A DNA stretch of 64,000 nt from Psilocybe cubensis (GCA_017499595.2 CM038999.1:2852001-2916000), one strand, 5' to 3'. Numbered from the stretch's first letter, positions 24,401 to 38,085 are shown. The notes: a model not told the origin generated them from the letters alone. A program made the numbers and translations.

Positions 24401-25863
24401 GGAACCATTCCGTTGCAAAGCAGGGGTTGAAACCTTGATGGTTTGTGTTGATTCGGATTGAAAACTTGCAAACGAGCCAACAGGAGGTTCTGCCGACTTG
24501 ATGAAAATGAGTAGGAGCGGATACATTTGAAGAAATAAAAACTGACCTCATATATCGAATCGGGTGTCGATCCGATTGTCAAAGCCTCAGCATTCACCTT
24601 GGTAGGCGGAAGATTTTCATCGGTTTTAGCAGTATAAGAGACAGGCGGCTCGGCAGGAAGTGGTTCATTGACTTCGGGATAACGCTGTCCTTTGACCATG
24701 TCGTCGCAGATATCAGAGATTTGTGAGGAAGAGGGTGTAATAATACCGGTGTTGGCAGTTGATGCCAAAGCAGCGAGTTTCCAGAATTTTGCAGCCTTTC
24801 GGCGTTCCTGCAATTCTTTCCTGGCTTTGAGGGCAATTTCAATAGCAGAGAGATAGTGTTCGGGAGCACGAGGGCCGACGACAGCGGGGATAATGCGAGA
24901 CCATGGAGATCCTTTGCGGCTTGATGCTAATTTGACTGCCTCAACAAGCACGTCCTCAGCATCTCCTCCCGCTAATACTGCCTGGGCAGCACCAGATAGC
25001 ACAGAACCACAAGCCTTAATGTCGACCATGGCTCGGATGAAGTGCTCCGCCTGCGTATGCTCTTCTTTCAGGGAGGATATCTCAGCCTTCAATAATTTGA
25101 TTTGACATTTATCGAGCTCTGCTCGACGATGGTTCTCTCTGAGAACATCAACTTCAGTCTTGAGTAACTTTATTTCGTGCTCGTCGAGTTCCGCCTGGGA
25201 ACGCTCCTCTTCGAGAACAGCTTTCAGAGCCCTCAACTCCTCGCACTTCAACAAATCCGCACGAGAATGTGTCGACCGCACTGCCTCAAGCTCTGCCTGG
25301 AGGATACCGTTCTCTGCCTTGAGAAAATTGTTTTCGTCTTTTTCTTGCTCGGCCAGCGCAATTTTCCTTTTAAGTAAGGCGATTTCCATTTGAAGGTTCT
25401 TCACCAACTCATCGTCCTTCTTAGCAAGTTCCTCGTATTGATGACGCTGTGAGACTTCGGTGTAATAGTTGACTCGCATATTAGAGAGCTCTGACTCGAG
25501 AGCGCCTACGTCCGAGTGGTACATTACGTTGTCATGCCTAAGATCTTCAACTTCAGCTTCCAGAGCATGAATTCGACGTCTATATTGGAGGAATTGGGCT
25601 TTAATCACGTTGACAGCTAGAGTAAATGCAGAAGCATTGTTGGGTTGAGTGCGGATATGACCATGAAGACTGCCGCTGAGAATGTTGGGACCCCAGGAGG
25701 AAAGGATGGCCGCCAAAACATTACTCACAGCGACCGTATTGTTATTGTGAGGTGAGGTGGCTGAGCAGAGTTGGCGAAGCTTGGCAGGCCTCCCGTGGTC
25801 AAAGGTGCCTCCAAGTTGTTGAAGGATGACCTCATGAAAAGATGAGCCTGACGAGAAAGACAT
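21430..25863 (-). CDS. Large uncharacterised protein: N-terminal coiled coil, long Ser/Pro/Thr-rich disordered C-terminus, multi-exon
   Basis: Consecutive same-strand ORFs 24337-25953, 23321-24526 and 21430-22926 linked by plausible introns (donor at 24546); heptad-rich E/L/K segment. Start uncertain; an upstream exon is possible. Confidence 0.6.
24053..24170 (-). repeat. In-frame 18-bp coding minisatellite encoding about six (LQDESV) units
   Basis: Plus-strand unit CTTTCGTCCTGAAGAACA repeated; translation ALQDESVLQDENVLQDESVLQDESVLQDESVQDESVLQ. Confidence 0.95.
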
Positions 25864-26289
25864 AGTAACCGCTGAACAGATATGAAAGGTAAGTTCAGTG
25901 ATATAAATTATAATGCGAAGAAAACATACAGATATCTCGAATTTATAGGGCACACCATAGAGGCTGACATTGTCGATCGCCAGGCGGCTTCCACAAATTT
26001 CGATCTGGCCTGATTCGATTGAAATCTCTAAACATATTTTGGATTTCTACTGTGCGCGATGCTACAGAATCCATGCATGGTGCATTCAGAAGAAACTTGA
26101 AGAGTGGAGACACAGGTATGTTGACAGTGATAAAAGTACCAGTCAATGAGCATGATGCAACCCAAATGCAATCCAAGGTGGTCGTGGTTAAGAACTAAAA
26201 GGGGCCAAGCCATATAGTAACTCTATTTTGGAAGTATAGCGTCATGCCGCTTTGGGAACGCCGGCGCGGGGGAAGCGCTGCACAGCTTA

Positions 26290-29200
26290 AGATTGGGCTC
26301 ATCAGGAACCAGCACCCCCTTAGGTAAGCAAAAGTTGGCTTACCTCCGAACGTTTTCACCACTCGCACAACCACATTATCCTGCATTTTTAAACCACAGA
26401 TATGTAGAAGGTGTATTTCTGAATAGATCTGCGGTTTTTTTTTGAAAAAAAAATTTTTTTTGAGAAAGATATAAGGCTTACAAAATTTTCCCCCCCTTTT
26501 TTATTGTAAAGCATTGGAAATGATGTTTTAACGAGTTTGGGCAATTTCTGAAAATTCGACGAAGTCACTTTTGGCCGCTTATATAATAGATCACGTGACC
26601 TCCCGGAAGATCATGATAACGCCTCGATGCATGTTTCTCAGCCTCGTTGGCAGTGATTTGAGCGATATAAAATAAAGTAGACCACTTGGAACCACTCGAC
26701 TATCATCATACATCATATCTATGGCCCGAAAATCCAAAGCCTCACTTTCTAGAGCCAAAAACCTGGGCAAATATGCACAAAAGAAACATCATTCAGTTTC
26801 TATTGAAGATATTCCGGAGGAGGACATCCAATCCTCAACCCCTAGTCCCCAATCTGGCCCAAATGTGAAGAGCCTTGCAGAGTATATCAGTGATGAAGGG
26901 ATTATAACATATAATGAAGATGGCTCCTTCACCTTGCAAGGATTTCTTGATTACTTTGAAGAACCATCTTCTTCTACTCTTTCAGATGAAGATTCTGATT
27001 CTGAATCAGATGGCGAAATGGAACAGCAGCCAGAGAACTCAGAGATCAATACTCCTTCAGATTTACAAACATTCTCAAACATTTTACTGGAGGCCCAACG
27101 GATTGCAGTGGAGCTTGAGAATGAAAGGACTAATAGGCCAAAAATGTACCTTAAAAACTCTGCTAGGACCAAGCGTCGACAGAAGAGAGCAAGAAAGGAT
27201 CTTAGGGATAAAGGAATACACCCCATTTCCGAGTGGTTTTCAAAGACACCAAAAAATCCTTCCACAGCAACCTCTTCAGCCACTACTGTCAATACAAATA
27301 ACGTGGATATTATTACCATATCTGATTCCGACAGCTCTTCTGATACACAAAGTGATGGAGATATTAATTCCCAGCTGGATCATGCACAACCTATTGCAAA
27401 TAATGACCCACCCCAATCTAACTTGCCTGCCAACTCTACAATTTCGGATGCACAAGAAACTGTCAATAATTTCTTGCAACATTTACAAGCAGGTGGAAAG
27501 GTTGAGGATTTTAGCTTGCCTACGGAATCTGATGCCATACTTGATCAACTCAGCTACAAAGACTTTCCAAAACTTCGTCGGGTCTGTGCAGCCTTGACTG
27601 TACGAAGCAAGGAAAAGACACTTGACATTATTCTTCGAGCAAGACTTACTGCAATGGTTGGCGTGTTGAACTTATATCTTGATCCACAACTTTCCTATGG
27701 TTGGCGTGAATCTTCTTTGATAGTTGCTAAATCCCAAGGCTGTGGGGTTAATCATGCTCGGAATATACGCAGCTGGATCCACACGTTTTTGAAATCTGGA
27801 AAGCTTCCACTCCGCCGTGTTACACGTATTCAGCCTTCTCTTCTTGATGATGAAGATTTTTCAGAGGCAATACAGCTCCATCTTTCTAGCATTGCAAAAA
27901 CTGGCTATATTTGTGCTCAAGATATCGTGGACTTTATCCAAACACCTGAAATGCAAGAAAAACTAGAGGAACTTGGAGTTGAAAAAAAATCAATTCATCT
28001 TTCTACTGCCAAACGATGGCTACACAAAATGGGTTGGCGATATGGAAAAATACGAAATGGTATGTATATAGATGGTCATGAGCGGGAAGATGTTGTGCAG
28101 TACCGGATTGAATTTATCAAGCGCTGGAAGGACTATGAAAAACGGATGTATTCCTATGATAATGATGGAAATTGTAACTCTCAGCTTTCAGGCTTTTCTG
28201 TTCCTGCTGGCCAGCGCTTTCGCCTTATCCTTATTACCCATGATGAATCAACATTCTATGAAACAGATCGCCGTAAAAATGTATGGTCACACAAATCTAC
28301 CAACCCGGTTCCAATAAAAAAAGGAGAAGGTACATCAATCATGCCATCAGAATTTCTTACTGTGGAATGGGGCCGATTGCAAAGTCAAGATGGTTCAGAG
28401 TATGTTATTTAAATTTTATCCATATGTGTTTGAATTAATAAATATCAATTTTAGATCAGCACGAATTTTATTCAAAGCAGGAAAAAATCGTGATGGATAT
28501 TTCACCTCGGATGATTTGATTAATCAGGTGGATCATGCAATTGACATTTTTGAAGGACGGACCAATGGATTTGCTACTGGCCTTTTTTTGTTTGACAATG
28601 CCCCAAGTCATCAAAAACGTGCTGATGATGCATTATCTGCAAGAAGAATGCCTAAAAATCCATCACAATATTGGACTCATCGTAAAGGAGGTGCCAAAAT
28701 GCGAACTACTACCCTTCCAAATGGCCAAATACAGTCCTTCTATTTTGATGATAACCATCCCACCATGCCCGGATGGTTTAAAGGAATGGAATTAATTATC
28801 CGGGAAAGAGGTCTTTGGAAAGAATCTGGACTTCTTGCCCAATGTGAAGGATTTAAATGCGAACCAGGCAAGACTGATTGCTGCTGTCGACGTATTCTAT
28901 TCATGCAACCTGACTTTGTGGCTCAAAAATCACGCCTTGAGGAATTGATCACTTCCCGCGGTCACATCTGTGATTTTTATCCGAAATATCATTGTGAACT
29001 CAATTTCATTGAACAATACTGGGGAGCAGCAAAGCTTCGCTATCGTAATACACCCAAAACAAGCAACATTGATGAAATGGAAGCCAATGTAATTCAATGC
29101 CTTGATGATATTCCTTTACTTCAGATTAGAAGGTATTCTTTTATACTTTTCACAAATAAAAGTTTAACTTTTCACTAATTATGTTCAATAGATATGCAAA

Positions 29201-29549
29201 CCGATCAGCAAGGTTTATTTCAGGCTATGAGCATGGTCTAACTGGTCCACAAGTTCACTGGATAAACAAGAGATATCATAGTCACCGTACACTTCCTCCA
29301 GATATGATTGCCAAAGTACGTGCAGAGTATATGTCTGCATAAGAGTCTGTTTCTATCATTTGAAAACCATAGATACACTTATCTAGTGCACAAATGTTAT
29401 TCTACATGATACTTTCTACCATTTATTCTTGTGTTTGTACTAAATTTCCGTCGACATAACTTTTGATTTTTTCTGAAGTCGATTTTGGCCGCTCTTGGCG
29501 CCAAGCCTTTTGATTACGTAAACGTGCTGGTTCCTGATGAGCCCAATCT
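26290..29549 (+). mobile_element. Full-length DNA transposon, IS630/Tc1/mariner-type DDE superfamily, with 26-bp perfect TIRs and TA (or TTAA) target duplication
   Basis: AGATTGGGCTCATCAGGAACCAGCAC (26290-26315) is the exact reverse complement of 29524-29549; flanked by TA at 26288-26289 and 29550-29551 (both ends read TTAA); AT-rich interior; encloses a transposase gene. Confidence 0.93.
26721..29342 (+). CDS. DDE transposase, 3 exons (26721-28399, 28455-29132, 29192-29342), 835 aa
   Basis: Spliced CDS is 2508 nt and open; HTH-like SIHLSTAKRWLHKMGW, YIDGHEREDVV, catalytic THDESTF, FLFDNAPSH, PKYHCELNFIEQYWG; both introns GT-AG. Confidence 0.9.
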
Positions 29550-29611
29550 TAATTGTGTCCAATTCTGACCTTCTGACCTTTCCGAGCTTTCTCATCCACT
29601 GTTTCTCCATC

Positions 29612-30966
29612 ATGAGCAACTATCCAGTTCCCCCCCCTGCCTATGGTCCGACAGGCTCGAATAAGACCACAAATTATCATACCATACAAGAAGAATCTCG
29701 TGAACCTCTTCTAGCCGGCTCCAGTCGCAATGGCGGCACTGGTGGATACTATGACCAACCAGGCGAGGGAGACCTCCCTGATGACTTCAAGGTAAACAAT
29801 AGTCCTTTACATTCGAGGAATCTGGACTGAATAACAGGTTCCAGTATGGTGTTTCGGTCTCTGAGAGCTCTCCTGAGATTCGTAATGCCTTTATTCGCAA
29901 AGTCTATATGATCCTTCGTGAGCAGGTGCCTAGTAATAGTCGAGTGATATCCATGACTGACCCCACCTCGTATTGTTAGTCTGCCAGATTGTATGTACTC
30001 AATTCAGTTGGCACACACGAGATGCTAAATTTCTGATAGGGTGCAACGACAGTCCTTGGTGGACTCATCTCCCAATCGCCCGAGGCCATCTTTTGGGTTC
30101 AAACACAGTATGATTCCCGCCGTTTTGTTTCCTTGGCTAAATATCTGATTCATACATACATAGTACATGGATTTTCTATATAACATTGATTGGCACCCTC
30201 GTCAACTTGGGGCTTCTTTATTGGAAACGACACACCCACCCATGGAATCTTGTCTTATTGTCCACGTTTACCCTTTTGGAAGCCTCTACTCTTGGTGTCG
30301 CAATTTCATTTTATCAAACCACACTCGTTCTCCAGGCTTTGTAAGTATAATTTTGTTCAAAGTGTCTAGCAGATTTGATTTCATGAACAATCATTTCAGG
30401 CTTATCACCACCGGCGTCTTCTTGGGATTGTCGTTATTTACTCTGCAGTCCAAGGTCCGTTCTATTAACCAAGACAGTGTAAATTCGTGCTCAAATCGTC
30501 GTAGTATGAATTTGACGGAATGGGGCCATTCCTATTCGGTGGTTTGATGGCTCTCTGTACGTTGCATCAATACTCATCCGCGGTGATTAAAGCCTTGACA
30601 TCTTACATCTTTAGGTATGACTGGTCTCGTTGGCATCTTCATCCCATTCAGTCGCACGATGGACCTTGTTATGGCAATTGGGGGCTGCCTCATCTTCAGT
30701 GGTTACATAGTCTATGACACGTATATCATCAACAAGCGTTTGTCGCCGGATGAGTATATCATGGGTTCAATCAGCCTCTATCTTGAGTAAGTGGCGACCT
30801 ATCAGTTCATACATACCCATAACAACCTGCTAATCAAACACTCCTCTATACAGTTTTATAAATTTATGTATGTTTTCCTCTTTCTGTCTGGTTCCGCCCT
30901 CCGTTTATCGTCACTCTTTTAGTCCTTAACATCTTGCGTCTCCTTAACGATCTCCAAGATCGTTGA
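29612..30966 (+). CDS. BXI1: Bax inhibitor-1/TMBIM family membrane protein (BXI1-like), many short exons
   Basis: MSNYPVPPPAY...DLPDDFK|YGVSVSESSPEIRNAFIRKVY; hydrophobic helices; C-terminal YIVYDTYIINKRLSPDEYIMGSISLYLD...LNILRLLNDLQDR*; includes 11-nt and 14-nt micro-exons. Confidence 0.88.
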
Positions 30967-31831
30967 AGAATTTAGCCACAGGCATCCTCTAGTGTTTGGA
31001 CAGTTTTCTCTTTTTGCGTCTATCTAACAGAACACAGACGTCGTTTAACTTGTTATCTTTATACTATGTGTTGTTAAATGATGAACAATGGTGAATATTT
31101 GTGGAAAATAACATCAACAGTGCTACAATATAACCAACATTTGTCTTCGAAACCAGCAGAAAAGATAATTTTCCTACCTCGCTTACCTCGCTTCATTGAG
31201 ATAATGATCACAACCCTGCCTGAAAACGAGATTAGGCTGACACAGCCAGAATGGCATGACAGATTTTACTGTTCATTCAGAAATATTAGAAGCGTACATT
31301 GTTGACGTACAGCCTAACAGAACAATGACATGCTGCCTAGTTAGAAATGTGCTCACCCCACCTTCAAATCAAATACCCAGCCCAGGAGTGTTTTTCGTGG
31401 AAGTGGACGCAGCGTCGGCGGCGTGATTTTGATAGAAACTTCAAGTAGCAAAATTAAATAGGTTACCTGGTGTTGTGGCCATGACGAGCAATGTCTATGT
31501 CACACAAAGGCCAGTGCAACAATCGGTAGCCTCCTTGATAGGATATTCGCATCGCCGGCTAAAAAGGATGGAAGCCAAAAACCACGGAAAAATGGTGGAA
31601 TATAAAATTCAGAGAAAGTAAAGATGGTAAGCAGATGTTGAAGCGGACCTAGGACACATAAATGAAGTGAACTATACTATACATATACACCAATTGGGTG
31701 GGTGATGAACCACGGTGGTAGAAAACAGTTGAGAGCATTCCGATGAATTAATAATTTTTAATCACGTCTTCCCCCTTCTCTAACAATAAGGCCATACTGA
31801 GGAAGGGGATCTGGTGCTGGTATTGCTACAA

Positions 31832-34423
31832 CTAGAATTCAGATCCAAGTGGTATAGCATTGAACAAGCCAGACTGCAGCTGACCATTCAAGTATGCATC
31901 CTTCATCTGTGCAGACATTGGATCTGTCATGTATCGCAGAGTAGACATGACAGCGCTCGCCGTTCTCTGAAGACTCCACAAGCTAACCGCCTTCATTCGC
32001 TGTCGGTTCATATGGGATTGTGATACATGGTACGCCAGAGCGTCATATGTCTACCACCATGAAGGTCGATCAGATTTATCAAAAAGCGCAGACAAAAGGA
32101 CCTTACTTTCAATGAGATTTCGTCCATCAGACCAGCTAGAAAATTCAAGTAAGAATATCGTAGTAGCATAGATGGCTTCCCCTTACTTTCCCACATCTTT
32201 CAAGCGAAGTGAGCACAAGTTGTAAAACACAGAAAAAGAACATTACCGTCCATGCCCCATCGAATTCGTTAAGGTCCTTGATAACTCGGCAATGGATTGG
32301 TACCAAGGTCCGATTTGCACTGTAAATAGGAATAAGAAATTTGGCCAAGAAAAACAAAAGGTTCTGACTTCATAAAGGCAACAATCGGTCGAATGAGGGC
32401 ATAGTTTACGTAGGACAGATCCGACGTGAAAATAGGAACAGCAGCTTTTAAATCTCTGAACCTTAAATCGATGTCAATGACTACCTTGGGTTTGTAGTCC
32501 CCCAAAGTCTCTTCTTCGGCCTCCTCTTCCGGAGGAACAGTCAGCGGCGGCTTAGCTAGCTCCCTTTGTCCAGGAATACGCGTTATATCGGTAGACAATG
32601 AAGTGGATATGGCGTCCGCAATCTCGCCAAGGATGACATTCAGAGCAAGGTCATTTTCAGGGTCTCGAGGAAACTTGATATCCAGTACTGCATCAACTTT
32701 TCCTGAAGTAATCCAAGAAATTGGGCCCTCCATTGTTGTAGAATTTTGTAGATGGTCAATATTGACACCATCAATCCGAATCCTTGACTGTATGAAGCAT
32801 TAGGGATAGAACTAAGAATGACCACGATGAAAGAATACCATTCTCGCCCAGTCGCCATCTTTTAGGTCTTTTTCATTGGTTCGGCCGATGCTTTGGGGTT
32901 TATGCAAACTGAACAGGCAGTTGTCAAATTGGCCCACCACATTTTCTGCGCATAGGAAATCATAGAACATCCATCTTTTGCGGAATAATCGGATGTCAGC
33001 GCGGAATATAGAAGAGGTATATGGGCGAAAATCTCCTGGTTGATAAACCGTCACCAAAACGTCTTCGAGCTGCAGGCTTTCTAGTTCAAAGTCTCCAGGC
33101 CTACTTTCATGACGGAATAGGGCGGGGTCCAATGGGTTGTCAGGGTCCCAAAAAACGTTTCTGCGATCTAAATAAAGTAATGTATCGAAAATGTATCGAA
33201 GACTAAGTTTGCAATCCACATACCGACAATACCTCTTACACCTCTGACAACAGCATCTTCGACAAGTCCTTTTCCATCTAACCATCTTTTCAATGACAAA
33301 GTCACATCCACAGAATCAATCGTAATGTCGAACATGGTATAGTTGAAGTCTTCGTCATGTAAAGCCGTCTTAGAGAATTCGTCGTCATCACCTTCAAAGC
33401 GGTGAAGGGCCGGGTGATTGCTAACGTCGTATCCAACAGCAGCCATGTGCGAATGACGTTTCTCCAGACTCTCCCCTAATGTAACCTGGGTAGGTCGCCG
33501 TGAGACGTACACATTTTTGAAAGACAACCGAGAGTCTTTCCATTTAGGAACTATAGCGGTTTCAAATATTATGGTGATTCCCGTTTCTGAGGTAAGATAG
33601 TCGCTTATGGCTCTGGCCACATATCCTGTAGAACGTACGATAAAAAGGTTGTCACTAATCGAGAAGTCGAAGAATTCCGTACTTTGCAGCTGTAGACTAT
33701 TAACCACAGCGAATACTACTGAAAAGAAAGTTGTCCTACATATTTTGCAAATTAATTTTCTCAAAATCGCATCATTAGAAGGAATACGTACGTTCCAATT
33801 AATATCCACAACGTTTGACTCATGACAAACCAAGTAATGAAGGCAGAAATATCATCGGCATTGAACTTGCGAAATCCCCTAACAGTAAACCATTTGAATC
33901 GAATGCGCATTCGCTGCCAGAAACCAGTGGCCACGTTTAGAAGCTCGTCTCGAGTTGGTCTGTGAGGGTGTGGTAACGACATCGCCAGTCTTTGGAAGAA
34001 ACGGGAGTAATTTTCGTAGTCGCGTGCGTGGGGAAATTGGGAATGTAAACCATCGACGCCTTTTTCTGAATTATGTGAACTTAAGTTAGACTCCTCTGGG
34101 GGTTTAGGGTTTTTGGAATTATCTTGGGTAGAGGCTCCAGGAAGATTCTGGTTGGTGGCGAATGCTCGGCCAAGAGGGATACAAGGACGCGTACATCTCT
34201 GCCTTCCTAATGGCGAGTTCAAAGAGAGCAATGCTAATGTTTTAGAGTATGGTACCGCTTTTCGATTTTGAAGATGAGCTGGCGAAGAGGCGAGAATATG
34301 TTGTTCTCTGAAGAAGTTGCGTATAATGCTATATCTGTCCAGAGCAGCGAAATTGGTGGCATTGCGAGGAGTTAACCTAGCGCTATAGCTGCGCGAAACC
34401 GTGGATAAACGAGATGTTAACAT
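31832..34423 (-). CDS. MDM31: Mitochondrial inner-membrane distribution and morphology protein Mdm31/Mdm32
   Basis: Arg/Ser-rich presequence MLTSRLSTVSRSYSARL; RMRIRFKWFTVRGFRKFNADDISAF; FETAIVPKWKDSRLSFKNVYV; VDVTLSLKRWLDGKG; GDFELESLQLEDVLVTVYQP; FDNCLFSLHKPQ; SYVNYALIRPIVAF; TAG at 31832-31834. Confidence 0.9.
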
Positions 34424-37400
34424 CCCTAAGAAATATTTGGGGACCACAAAGACCTCCCAACAAGCCCACTGGAAGATTGAAGGAGCAGAAAAATGGCCGC
34501 CCAGAAGTTCTTGTACGGACGTCATGCAAAATTCAACCCACCGAAAGAGATCTCGTGACCGGAACAATGCCGAAATTGCAACGAACAGCGAGGACCTTGA
34601 TTCCGACCTTCAATCAACCTTGTCTCGTAACAAAATTATGTCTTCATATCACACTAATTATTTGACAACTTACTGGGCATTGTTGCATCAAATGTGTTTC
34701 TCCTTATTTTGAAGTTCCAGTAAAGGAGTGGTTTTCGAAACTTTTTTGTGTAATCTGTTGGTAATCTGGAAGCATCAAAGGTCTGTCAAGTACCGTTTTA
34801 CCATCAAGAATGTACGTATCAGATTAATCGGTTCAGAACTCATACAACAAACAGACATCCAGACCACCGACGACACAGTATTCCAATAAAGGGACTTGGT
34901 CATAACCGTATTCATCTACGACTTCGAAAAATACCCTAAACTTCATACATCCATATTCCATTTCTTGCACTGCGTGCTGACCCGGATACAAAACCTTTTC
35001 AATGTCTGTCAGGTTCCTTGTTTGCCAAATTCATTTGGATACTTACATGTCTGTCAGTTTTAGAATTCGACACCTTGGGCATTGAGTTTCATCTAAGCGA
35101 CATCCACATTTTGCGTATTCATCTGCATATGGGGATGGCTCGTCTTGTTCTAATGGGAGAGGATTTATCTCAACCTTTCTCGATTGCAAAGCGGCCTCGC
35201 ACTCCACTGCATCGGCACCTTTTGTGCAGGCAGATGTCGCCATTGGAATCGCGGCTTTGGGGTCGCATTCAAATTCTATTGATGACAATACATCCTCAGT
35301 TTCCATATCTCCAACTTTCTCCACGCATGGTCTTGTGAGGTGTTGTTTGTTAGATGCAGCGTCGGCGTTGATTCGTTGGTTTTTTTTCGTGACCTTCATA
35401 CGACTGAAGACCGATGTTCCAAGTATGAGAGTCTTTGGAGGTGCCCCGGATTTCGACCGTGCAGTTGCTTCCTTGTTCAGCATGGGCATGATAACAATTT
35501 TTTTACGGGAACTATGCCACAATCATTGTGCTCCTCAACGTTTATGCAAAATAGATGGGTTTTGCTTCACGTACCTTAAATCCAGGTTTATACCGTCGTG
35601 TTTGACGATCTCCTCTGCCACCACGCCAGCGGGTAGAGTGGAGTCTGAACTGTATCCCATCTTGTTGGGGAAAGTGTTTGAAAATCTGAGGTTTGATGAA
35701 GCTCCGGGTATTTATACGCAAGCTCTTCCATAACTTCAAGGTGTGTCGCGTTAGAGAAGACGGTGCCCGCAATCCACACTCAGACCACGTTGCCTTCTAA
35801 ATGAGCTTCTTCAAACTATAGAATTCCGTAAGAATCAGAAGAATCGGGTGATTCACACCTGACCTACCATAATGTCAATCGTCCATTGTCAGGTAATGAA
35901 TATGTAATGTATATTCTTTGGTTCATGCCACTTCGGTCAGGGTCGTTTTATACCAGCGGAACACATCTTGCATACATTATACCAAGGTCAAGCAATGGAA
36001 CGCAGAAAGATAAAGGTTACGATAGTAAACCTCTAGCAATCTCATCTCTGAAGGCTCTGTCATGAGTCATATCCGTCATCGAAATATCCACACTGGTACC
36101 TCCGTAGTACCATACGTATAAGATAGCACAGTGTCTGTGTTTAAAAGGTTTTACTAAGGGTTTCCTAATGTTATAAACTGCAGATATTTCAAAGTCTTAA
36201 CAGATGCGACGGTATAAGCATGCATCGTTGTTTAGAGAGCTTGAATGTTGAACATCTAGTAGAGTACTACTATTCAACACCGTTCAAGAATAAAAAGTTA
36301 TTACTAATTGAACTTAGAGTAGTTAAACAGTGTGTTTGCACACATCGCTACATGTTGCAACATACCTGCCATTTATGTATCTGCAGTCGTTAAAATACTG
36401 CTCTGTGATCAGTAGACCCTAAAATACTTTGCTTTTTAACTTGTGTTGACACATTGACAGAGAAATTAATTGATGCCGTTAGCTTCCAAATATACTTAAT
36501 GAATCAGCAACGTCATCATGTTTCGACTGGATCCTATTTTTAGACCGCATTGCGAGACAAACCAGTTTCCTTCCTTCCTTCCATTTACAAATGTCAATAG
36601 GAGTTCTGGAAAACTTTAATTACAAGCCAAATTTCAGAGGGAAAGGTATTGTGGTAAGAGTGTTCCAATTGTAGGTGAGCAGACGTCCAAAGTTTCTTCA
36701 TATTCCCTGAGTTCAGCAAGTGAAATACCGCTTAGAGGCTCGAACACTATTCAGATCTTAACTTCAGGATCACATTCTCTCTGGTATTTCAAGGAAGAAG
36801 GTCCCTAAAATTTTCAGATCATTTCAGGTACAAGTCATGGTTATTGGTATGCCAATTAACTTTGCGGCTGGGTGATACTACACCGTTCCCCAGCTTACAT
36901 TGGGCTCTGCAGTTGCGAAAGAACAAGCTGCACCTACGGAGGTGTACAAAAGAGTACCTGCGAAGACCACCCCATACTCAGTCTGCATGGGCTGCAATGG
37001 ATCGATACAAGGACGTGCGTGTGTACATCCGGGAAAAGCAACCTGGCACTCAGATTGCTACGACGAAAACGAAACGCAAAGTGGCAAACAAACCGTTTCA
37101 GCAGCATTTGCAAAGGTTTCCTGAGAGGAAGCATATTTCTATTGAAAAAATGAGGGTGTATGATGTAATTTGACTTTCTTTTTGCGCAATAGAGATGATG
37201 TTGAGTTTGTTATCACACGACACGACGGATCAGGTATGGGTACATGTGTTGCTAATGTTGATATATGCGCAACAACAGTGGCTTTAATTTAAATGAAGAG
37301 CAGACTTGTGCTTGTAAGTTGATTGATGTAGTCGGGGCAGTCAATGACTTGGACATAACAGCCTGGAGGATGCAAACCATATCAAGCAGCTTTCGATGCT

Positions 37401-38085
37401 TTAAAACGGCCGAAATTATTTCAACGAGACTCAGCAAGAATGTATAAAGGAGATCTGAAAATCCCTGTGAACATATCAGACACAGAGGTAGAAGTAGACA
37501 TGAAGGCAGATCGAGCAATTATGTTGAAGCAGTGTTTTGCAGTCAAAGTAACGAGGGAAGTGAGCGGTCTTGGTAGGTGGGTTTGAGTAGAGTTCCGCCC
37601 AGTGTCGTGATCGAGTTTCAAGCTTTCAAATTTCAAGCTTCAAGTCCAATGATAATAGAAATAATAAATGCAGTAATATATGAGCCAGAGTGATTTGAAG
37701 AAGCGTTGGTGGAAGTGAATATCAAAGACAGGGGCTTTTGAACTTGAAGGGATAAAGGTTTTTGAACGATGCGTGTGAGACTTCGAGTGATGAGTCAGCA
37801 TCGAACAAAAGAAATTAGTCCAGACAGATATTGAATTATTGTAGATTTTTCTTTCCTTTGACCTTCATCATTATTCTCTTCTTTTTACTTCGATTATCCT
37901 CTTTTTCCGATCTCCTCAACCATAAAACACTTAATTCTTTCTATCAAATTATATTTACCGATATACACTTTTTGCGGGAGGAAGGCAAACCTGAAGGACA
38001 GAAATAAACTCCAAAAGTTCGCACCTTTTCCTCGGAATATATGCGCGAGGCCTTACGCTAGTCTTATCCTCAGCTGTGCACCATA

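Noticed and set aside
26287-29552. piggyBac classification based on TTAA flanks
   Set aside because: Transposase motifs (HDES, DNAPSH, PxxHxELNxIE) are IS630/Tc1-like DDE and the termini lack the piggyBac CCC/GGG ends.
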